Shown here: positions 11,198 through 20,426 of the stretch, one piece after another
Layout: every line of letters begins with the position of its first letter
How positions within the stretch are numbered: position 1 is the stretch's first letter
Source: Candidatus Atelocyanobacterium thalassa isolate ALOHA
GTDB lineage: Bacteria > Cyanobacteriota > Cyanobacteriia > Cyanobacteriales > Microcystaceae
Reading direction: 5' to 3'
Assembly (NCBI RefSeq): GCF_000025125.1
Contig: NC_013771.1
Coordinates: 115,254-147,253 of the forward strand
DNA: 32,000 nt
The notes under the pieces: model-generated
Seen by the model: only the letters and a program-made list of their open reading frames with translations
Database searches by the model: none
Told to the model about the DNA's origin: nothing
Translations under genes and position numbers: made by a program

Positions 11198-12088
11198 TCA
11201 GTAATCACAAACACCAACTTTACTTAGTTGAACGATCATCCTATCTATTTCTTTAATCAAATTTGGGCCTGAGATATTAGAATTATTAGCTAAAATACTA
11301 AAAACTATCATACCAAGGTAAGAATGATCTATGTAGCCGGACAATGCTCGTACATTTCTTAAAGTTCCTGTTTTTGCATAAACATATCCTTGAGCTGATG
11401 TACTTTTCATCCGATTCCTAAGCGTACCTGTTAAACCTGCAACAGGTAAAGAAGTATAAAAATATTGTTTAGCAGAAGTATAGTACATGGCTCTCAAAAC
11501 AGTAACTAAAGAACGAGGTGTAGCTATATTACGACGAGATAATCCTGAGCCATCGATTTGACGAAAACTATTAGATGTAACACCAAGTTGAACTAAAGCC
11601 TTTTTTGCAGTTTCTTGCCCATCAATATAGCGAAGTAACGTATCTGCATAATAATTATTGCTTTTGGTGTTGGTAATGTTAACCCAAGACTCTAAAGTTT
11701 TAGAACCAATTTTTGATTTAGGATTAAATAACTGTAATGCTGCAGCAGTAGTAAATATTTTATTATTAGAAGCAGGAATAAAATATTTATCTGGATTATG
11801 GCTATATAACACAGTGCCATCTTCTAATTTCTCTACTAATATTCCCCAATGTTTTTGGTGAGAAAGAATAATATTGTCTAATTCTTTGTGGATTAAAAAC
11901 TTACAAGATTTAGAATCTACTCTACTAAAACTGTTTTTATGTGGTTGAGTAGATTCTAAATTATTGTAAAGAGAAGGTTGTTTAATAGAAAACATTAATT
12001 CACTAGCAAAACTATTGTTAGCCCACAAAACAAAAGTTATTACTAAGATAGCTTTTTGGTAAGATAAAAAAAAATTTGGCATCATCAT
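11198..12088 (-). CDS. dacB: Compact PBP4-type D-alanyl-D-alanine carboxypeptidase/endopeptidase (peptidase S13-like)
   Basis: 296 aa with a signal-peptide-like N-terminus (AILVITFVLWANNSFA). The catalytic motifs are S107-N-N-K110 (PASNNK), S143-N-N145 followed by YYADTLLRY, and K239-T-G. DGSGLSRRN and LPVAGLTGTLRNR are typical PBP4 blocks. It is much shorter than the ~450-480 aa typical of the family. Confidence 0.75.
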   Translation of the reverse strand: MMMPNFFLSYQKAILVITFVLWANNSFASELMFSIKQPSLYNNLESTQPHKNSFSRVDSKSCKFLIHKELDNIILSHQKHWGILVEKLEDGTVLYSHNPDKYFIPASNNKIFTTAAALQLFNPKSKIGSKTLESWVNITNTKSNNYYADTLLRYIDGQETAKKALVQLGVTSNSFRQIDGSGLSRRNIATPRSLVTVLRAMYYTSAKQYFYTSLPVAGLTGTLRNRMKSTSAQGYVYAKTGTLRNVRALSGYIDHSYLGMIVFSILANNSNISGPNLIKEIDRMIVQLSKVGVCDY

Positions 12089-12366
12089 AAAAATGATTTT
12101 TAATTATTCATATTAGATTTAAAACATCATGGAAATTTTAATTTTTCCTGTTTTGCTCAATAATAACTTTATGATAATCTTTTTTTTAAGTTTTAACATA
12201 ATCTAAAGATTAAAAAAAACTTTTAAATATAATTAATTATTAAGTACTTTTAAAGAAGGAATGTTTAACTTTATATTTAATATCTAAAAGATCAATAATC
12301 TTTAGTAGGAAAACTGTGATTAATGAAATACCATTAAATTAGCAATTACATAATAATTTATTTCTT

Positions 12367-13011
12367 ATGACATCACCAAATCCTTATAGTTATGGATTAG
12401 GATTGCATACAACAAGTACTCAGTTGGGGGTTAGTTTAGGTAAACAAAATCAACAAAAAAGTACTCAAGTTTGGGATCTTAACCGAAAATTATCAAGTCA
12501 TTTACATAAAATTTTACAAGAATTTATTCAGCCCCAGAGATGGGAGAATATTAATTTTGCTGCCGTGGCAAAAGGGCCGGGAAGTTTTACTGGTATCAGA
12601 ATTGGTATAACTGCTGCTCGTACAATAGCTCAACAACTTGAGATTCCTTTATTTAGTATATCTACATTAGCGGGATTTGCTTGGTTTCATAAAGATAATA
12701 AATTATTTAAAGAGTTAATTCCTGTACAAATGGAAGCTTCAAGAGGACAAGTTTATGGAGCAGTTTATCAAAAGAAATCTAAAGGAAATGGTTTAATTGC
12801 AGTTGTTAATGATACTGTGATGGAATTAGACAAATGGGAAAAAGTATTAAAAGATCTAAATTTATTCCATGAGCCTCTAATTGTTACATCAGAAATAGGA
12901 GCTACAGTTTGTAGTATTTTAGAGTTAGCAGAGTTTGAATGGGAACAGGGCAAACGCCCTCACTTTTCAGAAAGTATGCCATTTTATGGACATTTGAATG
13001 TTCCTAGATGA
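12367..13011 (+). CDS. tsaB: tRNA N6-threonylcarbamoyladenosine biosynthesis protein TsaB
   Basis: 214 aa. The GPGSFTGIRIGITAARTIAQQL motif is characteristic of TsaB (YeaZ). Confidence 0.85.
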   Translation: MTSPNPYSYGLGLHTTSTQLGVSLGKQNQQKSTQVWDLNRKLSSHLHKILQEFIQPQRWENINFAAVAKGPGSFTGIRIGITAARTIAQQLEIPLFSISTLAGFAWFHKDNKLFKELIPVQMEASRGQVYGAVYQKKSKGNGLIAVVNDTVMELDKWEKVLKDLNLFHEPLIVTSEIGATVCSILELAEFEWEQGKRPHFSESMPFYGHLNVPR

Positions 13012-13172
13012 CTAAGGTTCATAAGATACGAAATTTAGGTAAAAAATAAACAACTAGCATCATTTTAAAACACTATAAACACTGAAGTTTGTAGTAATGC
13101 TAAATCTTATAGTGATGCTCTGATTTTCTAAAACATAAAACCAAATATTTTGTTCATTGTATCTTCTATTTT

Positions 13173-14153
13173 ATGGATAAGAACAACCTTTTAAGATTCC
13201 TTCCTCCTTGCTTCAGCTTAGCAGTCTTTACTTTGTCAATATGGACTATACAAAATAACTTTCAACATTATCAAGCTGCAAATTTTTGGGATAGTCTATC
13301 TAAAATTCCTTCTTCTAATATTCTTTGGGCTATTGCTTGTATGGGCTTAAATTATCTTGTTATGACAGGATATGAATGTCTTGCTCTATTTTATGTTCGT
13401 CGTATATTACCATATCGAAAAAAAATATTAGTTGGTATTATTTGTTCTGGAATTAGCAACAGCATAGGGTTTGCCGTATTAAGTAGTTGCATGATTCGCT
13501 ATAGGTTTTACTCCAATTGGGGATTTTCTATGATTACAATTGCACAAATCTCGGCATTTTGCAATTTATCATTTTGTTTGGGACTATTTAGTATTGGTAG
13601 TATCCTTTTCCTAAAAGAACCTTTAGCGATTCCTCGTTTATTAGATATCCCTTTTATCTCAGTACGTCCTTTAGGAATAATTTTTTTAATTATAATTCTT
13701 GCTTATTTATTTTTTACGGTAGTTCGTCAAAAACCTCTAATTATTGGAAAATGGGTTATTCCTAATCTTTCTCCTCAATTAGCTATTGGTCAATTAATTG
13801 TTTCCAGCTTAGACTGGTCTCTTGCAGCAATGGTCTTTTATATACTTTTAAAGACTTCAGTATCTTTATCCTATCCTACTTTTTTCGGAATTTTTATATT
13901 AGCTCAAGTAGCAGGACTAGCTAGTAATGTTCCAGGAGGATTAGGAGTTTTTGAAACAGTCATGATTTTGTTACTTGCCCCATTTATTGAATCAGAAGAA
14001 TTGTTAGGCACTCTATTAATTTATCGTGGAATCTATTATTTTATTCCTTTAGGAATAGCTATTTTACTTTTAGGTAAATACGAGTTAAGCAATCTTTTTA
14101 ATAACAAAAAGAATAGTATTCCTACTTCTTTTGTTAATAATATAAAAAGATAA
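13173..14153 (+). CDS. Polytopic membrane protein, UPF0104 / lysylphosphatidylglycerol-synthase-TM (YbhN-like flippase-type) family
   Basis: 326 aa with about 8 hydrophobic segments. The GLASNVPGGLGVFE block near the C-terminus resembles the conserved motif of this family. Assignment is from memory. Confidence 0.5.
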   Translation: MDKNNLLRFLPPCFSLAVFTLSIWTIQNNFQHYQAANFWDSLSKIPSSNILWAIACMGLNYLVMTGYECLALFYVRRILPYRKKILVGIICSGISNSIGFAVLSSCMIRYRFYSNWGFSMITIAQISAFCNLSFCLGLFSIGSILFLKEPLAIPRLLDIPFISVRPLGIIFLIIILAYLFFTVVRQKPLIIGKWVIPNLSPQLAIGQLIVSSLDWSLAAMVFYILLKTSVSLSYPTFFGIFILAQVAGLASNVPGGLGVFETVMILLLAPFIESEELLGTLLIYRGIYYFIPLGIAILLLGKYELSNLFNNKKNSIPTSFVNNIKR

Positions 14154-14350
14154 ACTATAGTTTCTTCAATTATTCACCAATAAAATTACTAAAGAGTTCC
14201 GTATTGATAATATATTTTATTTAAATACTAAATCTGCGTTACTAAAAATCTAATTTTATTAATCAAACAGATTTTAAAACTTTTGTTACTATCTTTAAAG
14301 TTTTAAATATTTACAACTTATCTTTTTGATTATAGTCACTAAATAGTATG

Positions 14351-15664
14351 TTAGTTTAACTTTAAGCTATATATAATCATATTTTCATTGGCTTCATTTA
14401 AGATATTTTGTATTATTTCACTTAAACCTAAAATTCTCCAGCTACAGCCTTCCACTAAATAATTTTGAACAGCTTTACTTATTTTGTAAGTGCTATGAGC
14501 AGCAATTCCACCTTGTAAAATAGCAGTACCTGAGTAAAACTCTATAGATGTTGAACTATCTAGTATGTTGTTAAATGTTATTGCTGTTTTACTTATATTT
14601 AATAATAAGTGAGTAAGGATTTCGGTAAGAAGTAGTTTACCAGAACTAAAAAAGAGCTGTAACCATAATCTATCTATGTTGTGATTTGTAATAGGTAATG
14701 CGTATAAATTAAACAACTTCCTAACTAAAACTAAATCAATCAATAATCCTCCACAAATATCTAAAATAGCAATAGGGTTAAGAGAAACTATCAAAGATTT
14801 ATACTTCACATATTTATCAATAATATGTTCACTATCTTTTTCGAATATTTGAATTGTTTTGAGAGCAATCTTTTCCTCAGCTTTTTTTGCTTGCAATAAA
14901 ACATTAATACATAAAAGATAACGTCCTTCTTTATTTAAAACACTTAATAATTTATGTCTTAAACTTTCTATCTGAGGAGATTGAACTTCTAATTCTTCTC
15001 TGATTTGCCCATCAAAACTTCTGACTTTTACAGGTATAGATCTAGGAGAAGCAGCCACTAATAATATATCTTGAATATTAATTAATAGTGCTTCTTCATT
15101 TTTAATATTCTTACTAAATTCTTGTAAATGTTTATAAATATCAAGACAAGTTTTCTTTGGATATAAGTCAATTTTATTAAAAACTAAAATAATAGGTTTT
15201 AATAGTTTCTTTAAATATATCAAAGCTTTATATTCAACTTCGATAATATCTTCAGAAATTACAAATAAAATTAAGTCTGATTCTTCTGCAACTTCTTGGG
15301 ACATTATTGATTTTTGAATTCCGTCGATTTCGTCTAATCCTGGAGTATCAATAAATTCTAATATAACTTTAGTATCACTAGGAAACCAACGGAAAGATTT
15401 TGGCCACTTTGTGGTTCCATTGATTGGTTCACTATTAAAAATATTTTGACCAACTAATGCATTTACAATAGCAGACTTACCTCTACTAACTAACCCGAAG
15501 ATAGCAATTTTAATGACATTATTATTAACTCTTTCTAGTCCTAGTTCAATTACTTGTAGCTCTTTTTTAATGGATGCTTTCAACTCTAGATTATTGGTAT
15601 ACCGAGATAAGCAATCTTGGAGACTAGCATAAGTTTTTTGTATATAAAAATCTTGTTGATCCAA
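14351..15664 (-). CDS. GTPase with C-terminal hydrophobic DUF697-like domain; function unknown
   Basis: 437 aa. G1 is GLVSRGKSAIVNALVG, G3 is DTPGLDE, G4 is FNKIDL. The C-terminal ~150 aa are hydrophobic (NPIAILDICGGLLIDLVLVRKLF...). The start is TTG at 15664, only 6 nt after the lpxB stop. Confidence 0.75.
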   Translation of the reverse strand: MDQQDFYIQKTYASLQDCLSRYTNNLELKASIKKELQVIELGLERVNNNVIKIAIFGLVSRGKSAIVNALVGQNIFNSEPINGTTKWPKSFRWFPSDTKVILEFIDTPGLDEIDGIQKSIMSQEVAEESDLILFVISEDIIEVEYKALIYLKKLLKPIILVFNKIDLYPKKTCLDIYKHLQEFSKNIKNEEALLINIQDILLVAASPRSIPVKVRSFDGQIREELEVQSPQIESLRHKLLSVLNKEGRYLLCINVLLQAKKAEEKIALKTIQIFEKDSEHIIDKYVKYKSLIVSLNPIAILDICGGLLIDLVLVRKLFNLYALPITNHNIDRLWLQLFFSSGKLLLTEILTHLLLNISKTAITFNNILDSSTSIEFYSGTAILQGGIAAHSTYKISKAVQNYLVEGCSWRILGLSEIIQNILNEANENMIIYSLKLN

Positions 15665-15670
15665 AATTAA

Positions 15671-16837
15671 TTACTCTAAAGTATTTTTATAATGTAAAAT
15701 CTCGTTAGCTACACGATCACAAACCCCTGTTTCCCCTAGAAGAAGTCGCATCTCTTTATAATTTGATAATGTTTTTTGGCGACATTCGTTATTTAATAAT
15801 AATTCTAAAGACTTTTCAACAATACATTCTACAGTAGCGTCTTCTTGTAATAATTCGGGCACTATCTCTTTCATCATTATCAAATTTGGGGGTGACATAA
15901 AAGGGATAGAAAATTTAAGAATATTTCTAGCAATCCACATAGTTAGAGGATTGACCAAACATAACACTAACTGGGGAACATTTAACAATGCTAATTCTAG
16001 ATTAACAGTTCCTGATTTTGCAATTGCAAAATCGGCTGCAGCCATGGCTTCTATTCCACGACCGTCCAACAAAGTAATTGATAAATCATATTTTTCAACT
16101 ATTTTTTCAATAGTACCGTAATATTCTTTTAAAGAAACAGGTAATAAAAAATGAAGTTCTGGAATTTTTGTTTGTAATTGTTTAGCAGCTTTACAAATTA
16201 AAGGTAAATGATATTTTAACTCTTGATATCTAGAAGCTGGAAACAACGCAATAACAGGTTTATCAACTTCTAAACCCAAAGATTGACGTGCCACTTCTTT
16301 TGTTGAAGCTTTTTCTATTCTATCTAATAAGGGATGGCCTACCCATTTTACATTGACACCTTTTTGTTCAAAAAATCTAGCTTCTTCTGGAAAAATTGCT
16401 AAAAGAAGATCAGTTATTTCAGCAAATTGTTCAATTGTTTTATTATTAGGAGACCAGACCCAAGACTGAGGTGCAATATAGTAAATAATAGGTACTTGGG
16501 GTAAATTTTTTCTAACATACTTGCCAAGAGAAACATTCGGACCCATATAGTCTAATAAAACTAAAAGATCTGGAGGGTTATCTCTTAAGTAAGCTTTTAC
16601 CCTATTTTGCATCCGCCAAGTTGGGATTATAAAAGGTAATGCTTCTATAATCCCAATAGAACCTATAGCTGCTGTATTGCCGAGCAAATCAGCACCAGCA
16701 GAGATCATAGCATCACCTCCTAATGCCATAATTTCTATAGGAATATTCTGAAGTTTCGCTTGACGATAAAGAGCCTCAACTAACAGTGAGCCCTGTAAAT
16801 CACCCGAGACTTCACCTGTACTAACAAAAATTTTCAT
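15671..16837 (-). CDS. lpxB: Lipid-A-disaccharide synthase LpxB
   Basis: 388 aa. The N-terminus MKIFVSTGEVSGDLQGSLL is the typical LpxB signature. It lies 24 nt downstream of lpxA. Confidence 0.92.
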   Translation of the reverse strand: MKIFVSTGEVSGDLQGSLLVEALYRQAKLQNIPIEIMALGGDAMISAGADLLGNTAAIGSIGIIEALPFIIPTWRMQNRVKAYLRDNPPDLLVLLDYMGPNVSLGKYVRKNLPQVPIIYYIAPQSWVWSPNNKTIEQFAEITDLLLAIFPEEARFFEQKGVNVKWVGHPLLDRIEKASTKEVARQSLGLEVDKPVIALFPASRYQELKYHLPLICKAAKQLQTKIPELHFLLPVSLKEYYGTIEKIVEKYDLSITLLDGRGIEAMAAADFAIAKSGTVNLELALLNVPQLVLCLVNPLTMWIARNILKFSIPFMSPPNLIMMKEIVPELLQEDATVECIVEKSLELLLNNECRQKTLSNYKEMRLLLGETGVCDRVANEILHYKNTLE

Positions 16838-16861
16838 TAATTACTTTAATCCCTAATTATT

Positions 16862-17659
16862 TTAATGTTTACCTGGAATTAATCCACGTCTTTTTTCTCC
16901 TGTAATTGATAATTCCAGAAATTGATGTAGATATTTAGTATATTCATTACTTTCAAAAGTCTTTAATTGCTTTAATACCTGTTGTAGAGTTAAACCAGAA
17001 TGATATAGTAAACGAAATGCTTTTTTGAGATGACGAATGTCTTCGACAGTAAGCCCAGAACGCTTTAATCCAATCAAATTAAGCGATCTTACTCTAGAAG
17101 GGTTCCCTTCAATCATCATAAATGGAGGTGCATCGCGGTCAATTCTACTCATTCCTCCTAACATGGCATTACGACCGATTCTTACGAATTGGTGTATACC
17201 TAAGGCACCACCTACAACAGCTCTGGACTCAATATGGACATGGCCTGCAAGAGATACAGAATTAGCAATAATTATATTATCTTCAAGTAAACAATTATGA
17301 GCAACGTGTACGTAAGCCATCAGTAAATTATTGTTACCAATTTTAGTAACTTCATTAGCGAAAGTCGCACGATTAATTGTGACGAACTCTCGAATTGTAT
17401 TACCATTACCAATTTCGACGCGACTAGAACAATTTTTATATTTTAAATCTTGCGGAGCCGCTCCGATAACTGCACTAGGGAATATATAGTTATTCATTCC
17501 AATTTCTGTTGGACCTTCAATAACTGCATGAGAGCCAATAATCGTTTGTGCACCTACTTTAACCTGATCACCAATGACAGCATAAGGTCCTACTTCAGTA
17601 GTAGGGTGTAGTTGCGCATTCTTATGAATGATAGCTGTAGGATGAATTAGCGTATTCAA
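16862..17659 (-). CDS. lpxA: Acyl-ACP:UDP-N-acetylglucosamine O-acyltransferase LpxA
   Basis: 265 aa with left-handed beta-helix hexapeptide repeats (IHPTAIIHKNAQLHPTTEVGPYAVIGDQVKVG...) and the helical LpxA C-terminus. The start is TTG at 17659 with GGGAGA upstream. Confidence 0.92.
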   Translation of the reverse strand: MNTLIHPTAIIHKNAQLHPTTEVGPYAVIGDQVKVGAQTIIGSHAVIEGPTEIGMNNYIFPSAVIGAAPQDLKYKNCSSRVEIGNGNTIREFVTINRATFANEVTKIGNNNLLMAYVHVAHNCLLEDNIIIANSVSLAGHVHIESRAVVGGALGIHQFVRIGRNAMLGGMSRIDRDAPPFMMIEGNPSRVRSLNLIGLKRSGLTVEDIRHLKKAFRLLYHSGLTLQQVLKQLKTFESNEYTKYLHQFLELSITGEKRRGLIPGKH

Positions 17660-17866
17660 CAGGTTATCTCCCTTTAAATAGATTCATTATTGAATTTAGT
17701 TATAAAGTACACAATAAAAGTTTTCAAGGGAACAGGAAAAGAAGAATTGAGGACATTATAAATGTGACGCAAAATCTTAATTTTGGATTCTAAATTAATA
17801 AGTTTTCTAGCTATAAATCAATGGAAAACAAAATAATTAATCAATAAAAATTTTTAAAGATAATTT

Positions 17867-19246
17867 ATGAAATTTATTTGGGGTTTGATTACTTTTTCTT
17901 CTTTTTCTCCAGAAATATGGTTAAAAGCCAGCTTTTATTATCGTATTGTTGGTTTATTTCGAAATTGGCGACAATCTAGTTTTCTATTGCGATGGGGAAA
18001 GACTATTGGTGCTTTGCTAATTAGTCTTATATTGATGTTTAGCCCATTTGTTACAACGGGAGTTATTGGTATATGGCTTATCTCGATTGCCATGTATTGG
18101 ATAATATTAATTGTTTCTGAACGTGAACAACCAGTTTTCAACTCCATACATTTATTAGTCTTTTTGTATTGGGTTATTTCAGCGATCGCAGTTATTTTTT
18201 CTCCTGTTAGAGATGCAGCTTTTTCGGGATTTATAAAACTAACGCTATATTTGATTTTTTTTGCTTGTACATCTCATATTCTACGCTCACCTATCCTAAC
18301 CAATTGGTTGATTTTATCTACTTTAGGATCCGGACTATTGGTAGGTATTTATGGAGTAAGACAGAGACTTTTCGGAGTAGAACAATTAGCGACATGGAAC
18401 GATCCAACTGCTTATTTTTCTAATTCAATTAGAGTTTATAGTTATTTAGGTAATCCTAATTTATTATCCGCATATATCTTGCCTTCAATTGCTTTAAGCA
18501 TGGCTGCTTTTTTTGTTTGGCAAAAAACATTACCTAAATTATTAGCATTAACTATTCTTCTAATCAATACTTTTTGTCTTTACTTTACAGGCAGTCGTAG
18601 TGGTTGGATAGCGCTTATAATCTGCTTGGTAATATTTTCATTATTACTTTTTACATGGTTTAAAGATGAACTTCCTCTATTTTGGCGGCAGTGGCTTTTA
18701 CCCATAACATTTGGAACATTAATAAGTTTTATTTTCGTTCTTATTGCCTCTAATGATATTTTACAATCAAGAATTATGAGTATTTTTATTGGAAGAGCCG
18801 ATAGTAGTAATAACTTTCGTATCAACGTATGGACATCAGTAGTAAATATGATAAAAGATTATCCTTTTCTAGGCATTGGCCCAGGAAATGATGCATTTAG
18901 TAAAATATATCCACTTTATATGAGCCCAAAATATAGTGCTTTAAGTGCATACTCCGTTTTTTTAGAGACAGCAGTAGAGATGGGATTAGTGGGATTAAGT
19001 ATTTTTATTTGGCTTATTTTTACAATAATTAATCAAGGAATACAAAAAATTAACAAACTTAAAAATGATAAAAACTCTCACGGAATATGGATTATTGCTG
19101 CAGTTGCTGCAATAGTTGGTTTATTGATGCAAGGTTTATTTGATACTGTTTGGTATCGTCCACAAGTAAATACTCTATGGTGGTTTTTAGTCGCTCTGAT
19201 TGCTAGTCAACATAAGTCAAAGGAGAAAATTAATATACATAGTTAA
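17867..19246 (+). CDS. ictB: IctB-family polytopic membrane protein (O-antigen-ligase/Wzy_C domain)
   Basis: 459 aa. Long blocks match my recollection of Synechococcus IctB: RVYSYLGNPNLLSAY, SSNNFRINVW, LGIGPGNDAF, ALSAYSV, LFDTVWYRP. Confidence 0.8.
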   Translation: MKFIWGLITFSSFSPEIWLKASFYYRIVGLFRNWRQSSFLLRWGKTIGALLISLILMFSPFVTTGVIGIWLISIAMYWIILIVSEREQPVFNSIHLLVFLYWVISAIAVIFSPVRDAAFSGFIKLTLYLIFFACTSHILRSPILTNWLILSTLGSGLLVGIYGVRQRLFGVEQLATWNDPTAYFSNSIRVYSYLGNPNLLSAYILPSIALSMAAFFVWQKTLPKLLALTILLINTFCLYFTGSRSGWIALIICLVIFSLLLFTWFKDELPLFWRQWLLPITFGTLISFIFVLIASNDILQSRIMSIFIGRADSSNNFRINVWTSVVNMIKDYPFLGIGPGNDAFSKIYPLYMSPKYSALSAYSVFLETAVEMGLVGLSIFIWLIFTIINQGIQKINKLKNDKNSHGIWIIAAVAAIVGLLMQGLFDTVWYRPQVNTLWWFLVALIASQHKSKEKINIHS

Positions 19247-19257
19247 TAAAATTTTTT

Positions 19258-19897
19258 CTAACTGTTCATATTGACTTGTTCTAACTTTCCTTTATTAATT
19301 TTCCAACATTTATCAGCTATTGTTAATAACTCAGAAGGATCATGAGAAACAATTATTAAAGTCCAATGTCGTTTTAATTTAGATACTAAATTAATTAACT
19401 GTTTACGCATTGACCAATCTAAACCTGCTGTTGGTTCGTCCAATAATAATAAGTTAGGTTGACGAATTAGTTGAACTGCTAGAGCTAATCTTCTTTGCTG
19501 TCCACCACTAATATTGTGCGGAGAAGTGCTTAAGACGATATCCTGTAGACCTACTTCTTCTAAAGCAATTTCAATTTCCTCTCTAGTAATTTTTAAGTGA
19601 CCTAATCTTAGTTCTTCTAAGATATTACTGCTGCAAAAATGGCGTTCAGGAAATTGAAAAACTAATCCTGATATTTGTTGTAACTCTGAATTAGTGATTT
19701 CTTGACCACTCCAAAAAATTTTTCCTTGGGTTTGCTCTACTAATCCTGCAAGAATTTCTAGCAATGTTGTTTTTCCGGAACCACTAGGACCAACAATAAC
19801 ACCTAATTGATTAAATCCTAATTCTAATGCAATAGATTTTAAAATAGGTTCAGCGGAGGCAGGAGGATGATATACGATGTCTTTAAGGTTAAGCATT
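19258..19897 (-). CDS. ABC transporter ATP-binding protein (CbiO/ECF-A-like), with no adjacent permease
   Basis: Walker A is GPSGSGKTTLL, the signature is ISGGQQRRLALA, and Walker B is LLLLDEPTAGLD. I prefer ATG 19897 (MLNLKDIVY...) over the track's TTG 19917 extension. Confidence 0.85.
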
Positions 19898-20087
19898 AAT
19901 GTGTATTCTAATAACAATTAGTTGTAAAAAGTAATTGCATATTTATTATGTCTAAAACAATAGTTCAAGAAGATTGTACGCGAATTTAAGCTTGTAGAAA
20001 AATAAAACTAGTTTTCAGTATTCTCAACTAATGTTAATATAATTAGTCTGAGTTATATAATTAATCTGAGTTATTAAATTAAACTTA

Positions 20088-20333
20088 ATGTCTAAAGAAA
20101 GCTTTTTTGAAAGTCCAGCTATTAGCCAAGAAGCTCGATATGAGCCAGCCACCGTTATTCCCATTAAAAGAGACTCTTCTATTATTAATTGGTTAGAAGC
20201 AACAAATCGTTTAATCTACCGTGAGCAAGAAGAAATTAAGACGACTTCTGAAGAAGATGCAGAAATTTCTGATTTAATAGATGTCGATGAAAATTACGAT
20301 GATGAGGATTTGAATTTGAACAGCAATGACTAG
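20088..20333 (+). CDS. Small acidic protein of unknown function (possibly the cyanobacterial DUF3134 family)
   Basis: 81 aa. The N-terminal half (ARYEPATVIPIKRDSSIINWLEATNRLI) resembles a conserved cyanobacterial small-protein family as I recall it. The C-terminal 30 aa are about 50% D/E. It is same-strand, 93 bp upstream of mraY. Confidence 0.6.
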   Translation: MSKESFFESPAISQEARYEPATVIPIKRDSSIINWLEATNRLIYREQEEIKTTSEEDAEISDLIDVDENYDDEDLNLNSND

Positions 20334-20426
20334 TATATAAGAGCTAAGTTGCTAAAATAGATAGGGAATTGCTTTTCCTGATCTTACACAATCTATTTTT
20401 AAGTTTAAAATATCAAATCTTTAGCT

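Noticed and set aside
11658-12953. Shadow ORFs 11658-11861 (+) and 12768-12953 (-)
   Set aside because: They are nested antisense inside the dacB-like gene and tsaB respectively, with no start-site signals.
15662-15673. The lpxB stop (TAA) is in frame with the downstream GTPase ORF, raising the idea of a readthrough fusion
   Set aside because: Sharing a frame has a 1-in-3 chance. TAA is an efficient stop, and no readthrough context or slippery sequence is visible. I treat them as two coupled genes.
18182-18189. A single GCGATCGC (HIP1 octamer) inside ictB
   Set aside because: One copy in 32 kb is above naive expectation for this composition. It is not enough to claim HIP1 enrichment, which needs genome-wide counting.
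17037-18825. Shadow ORFs 17037-17300 (+), 17938-18147 (-), 18580-18825 (-)
   Set aside because: They are antisense to lpxA and ictB. The host genes are strongly supported by motifs.
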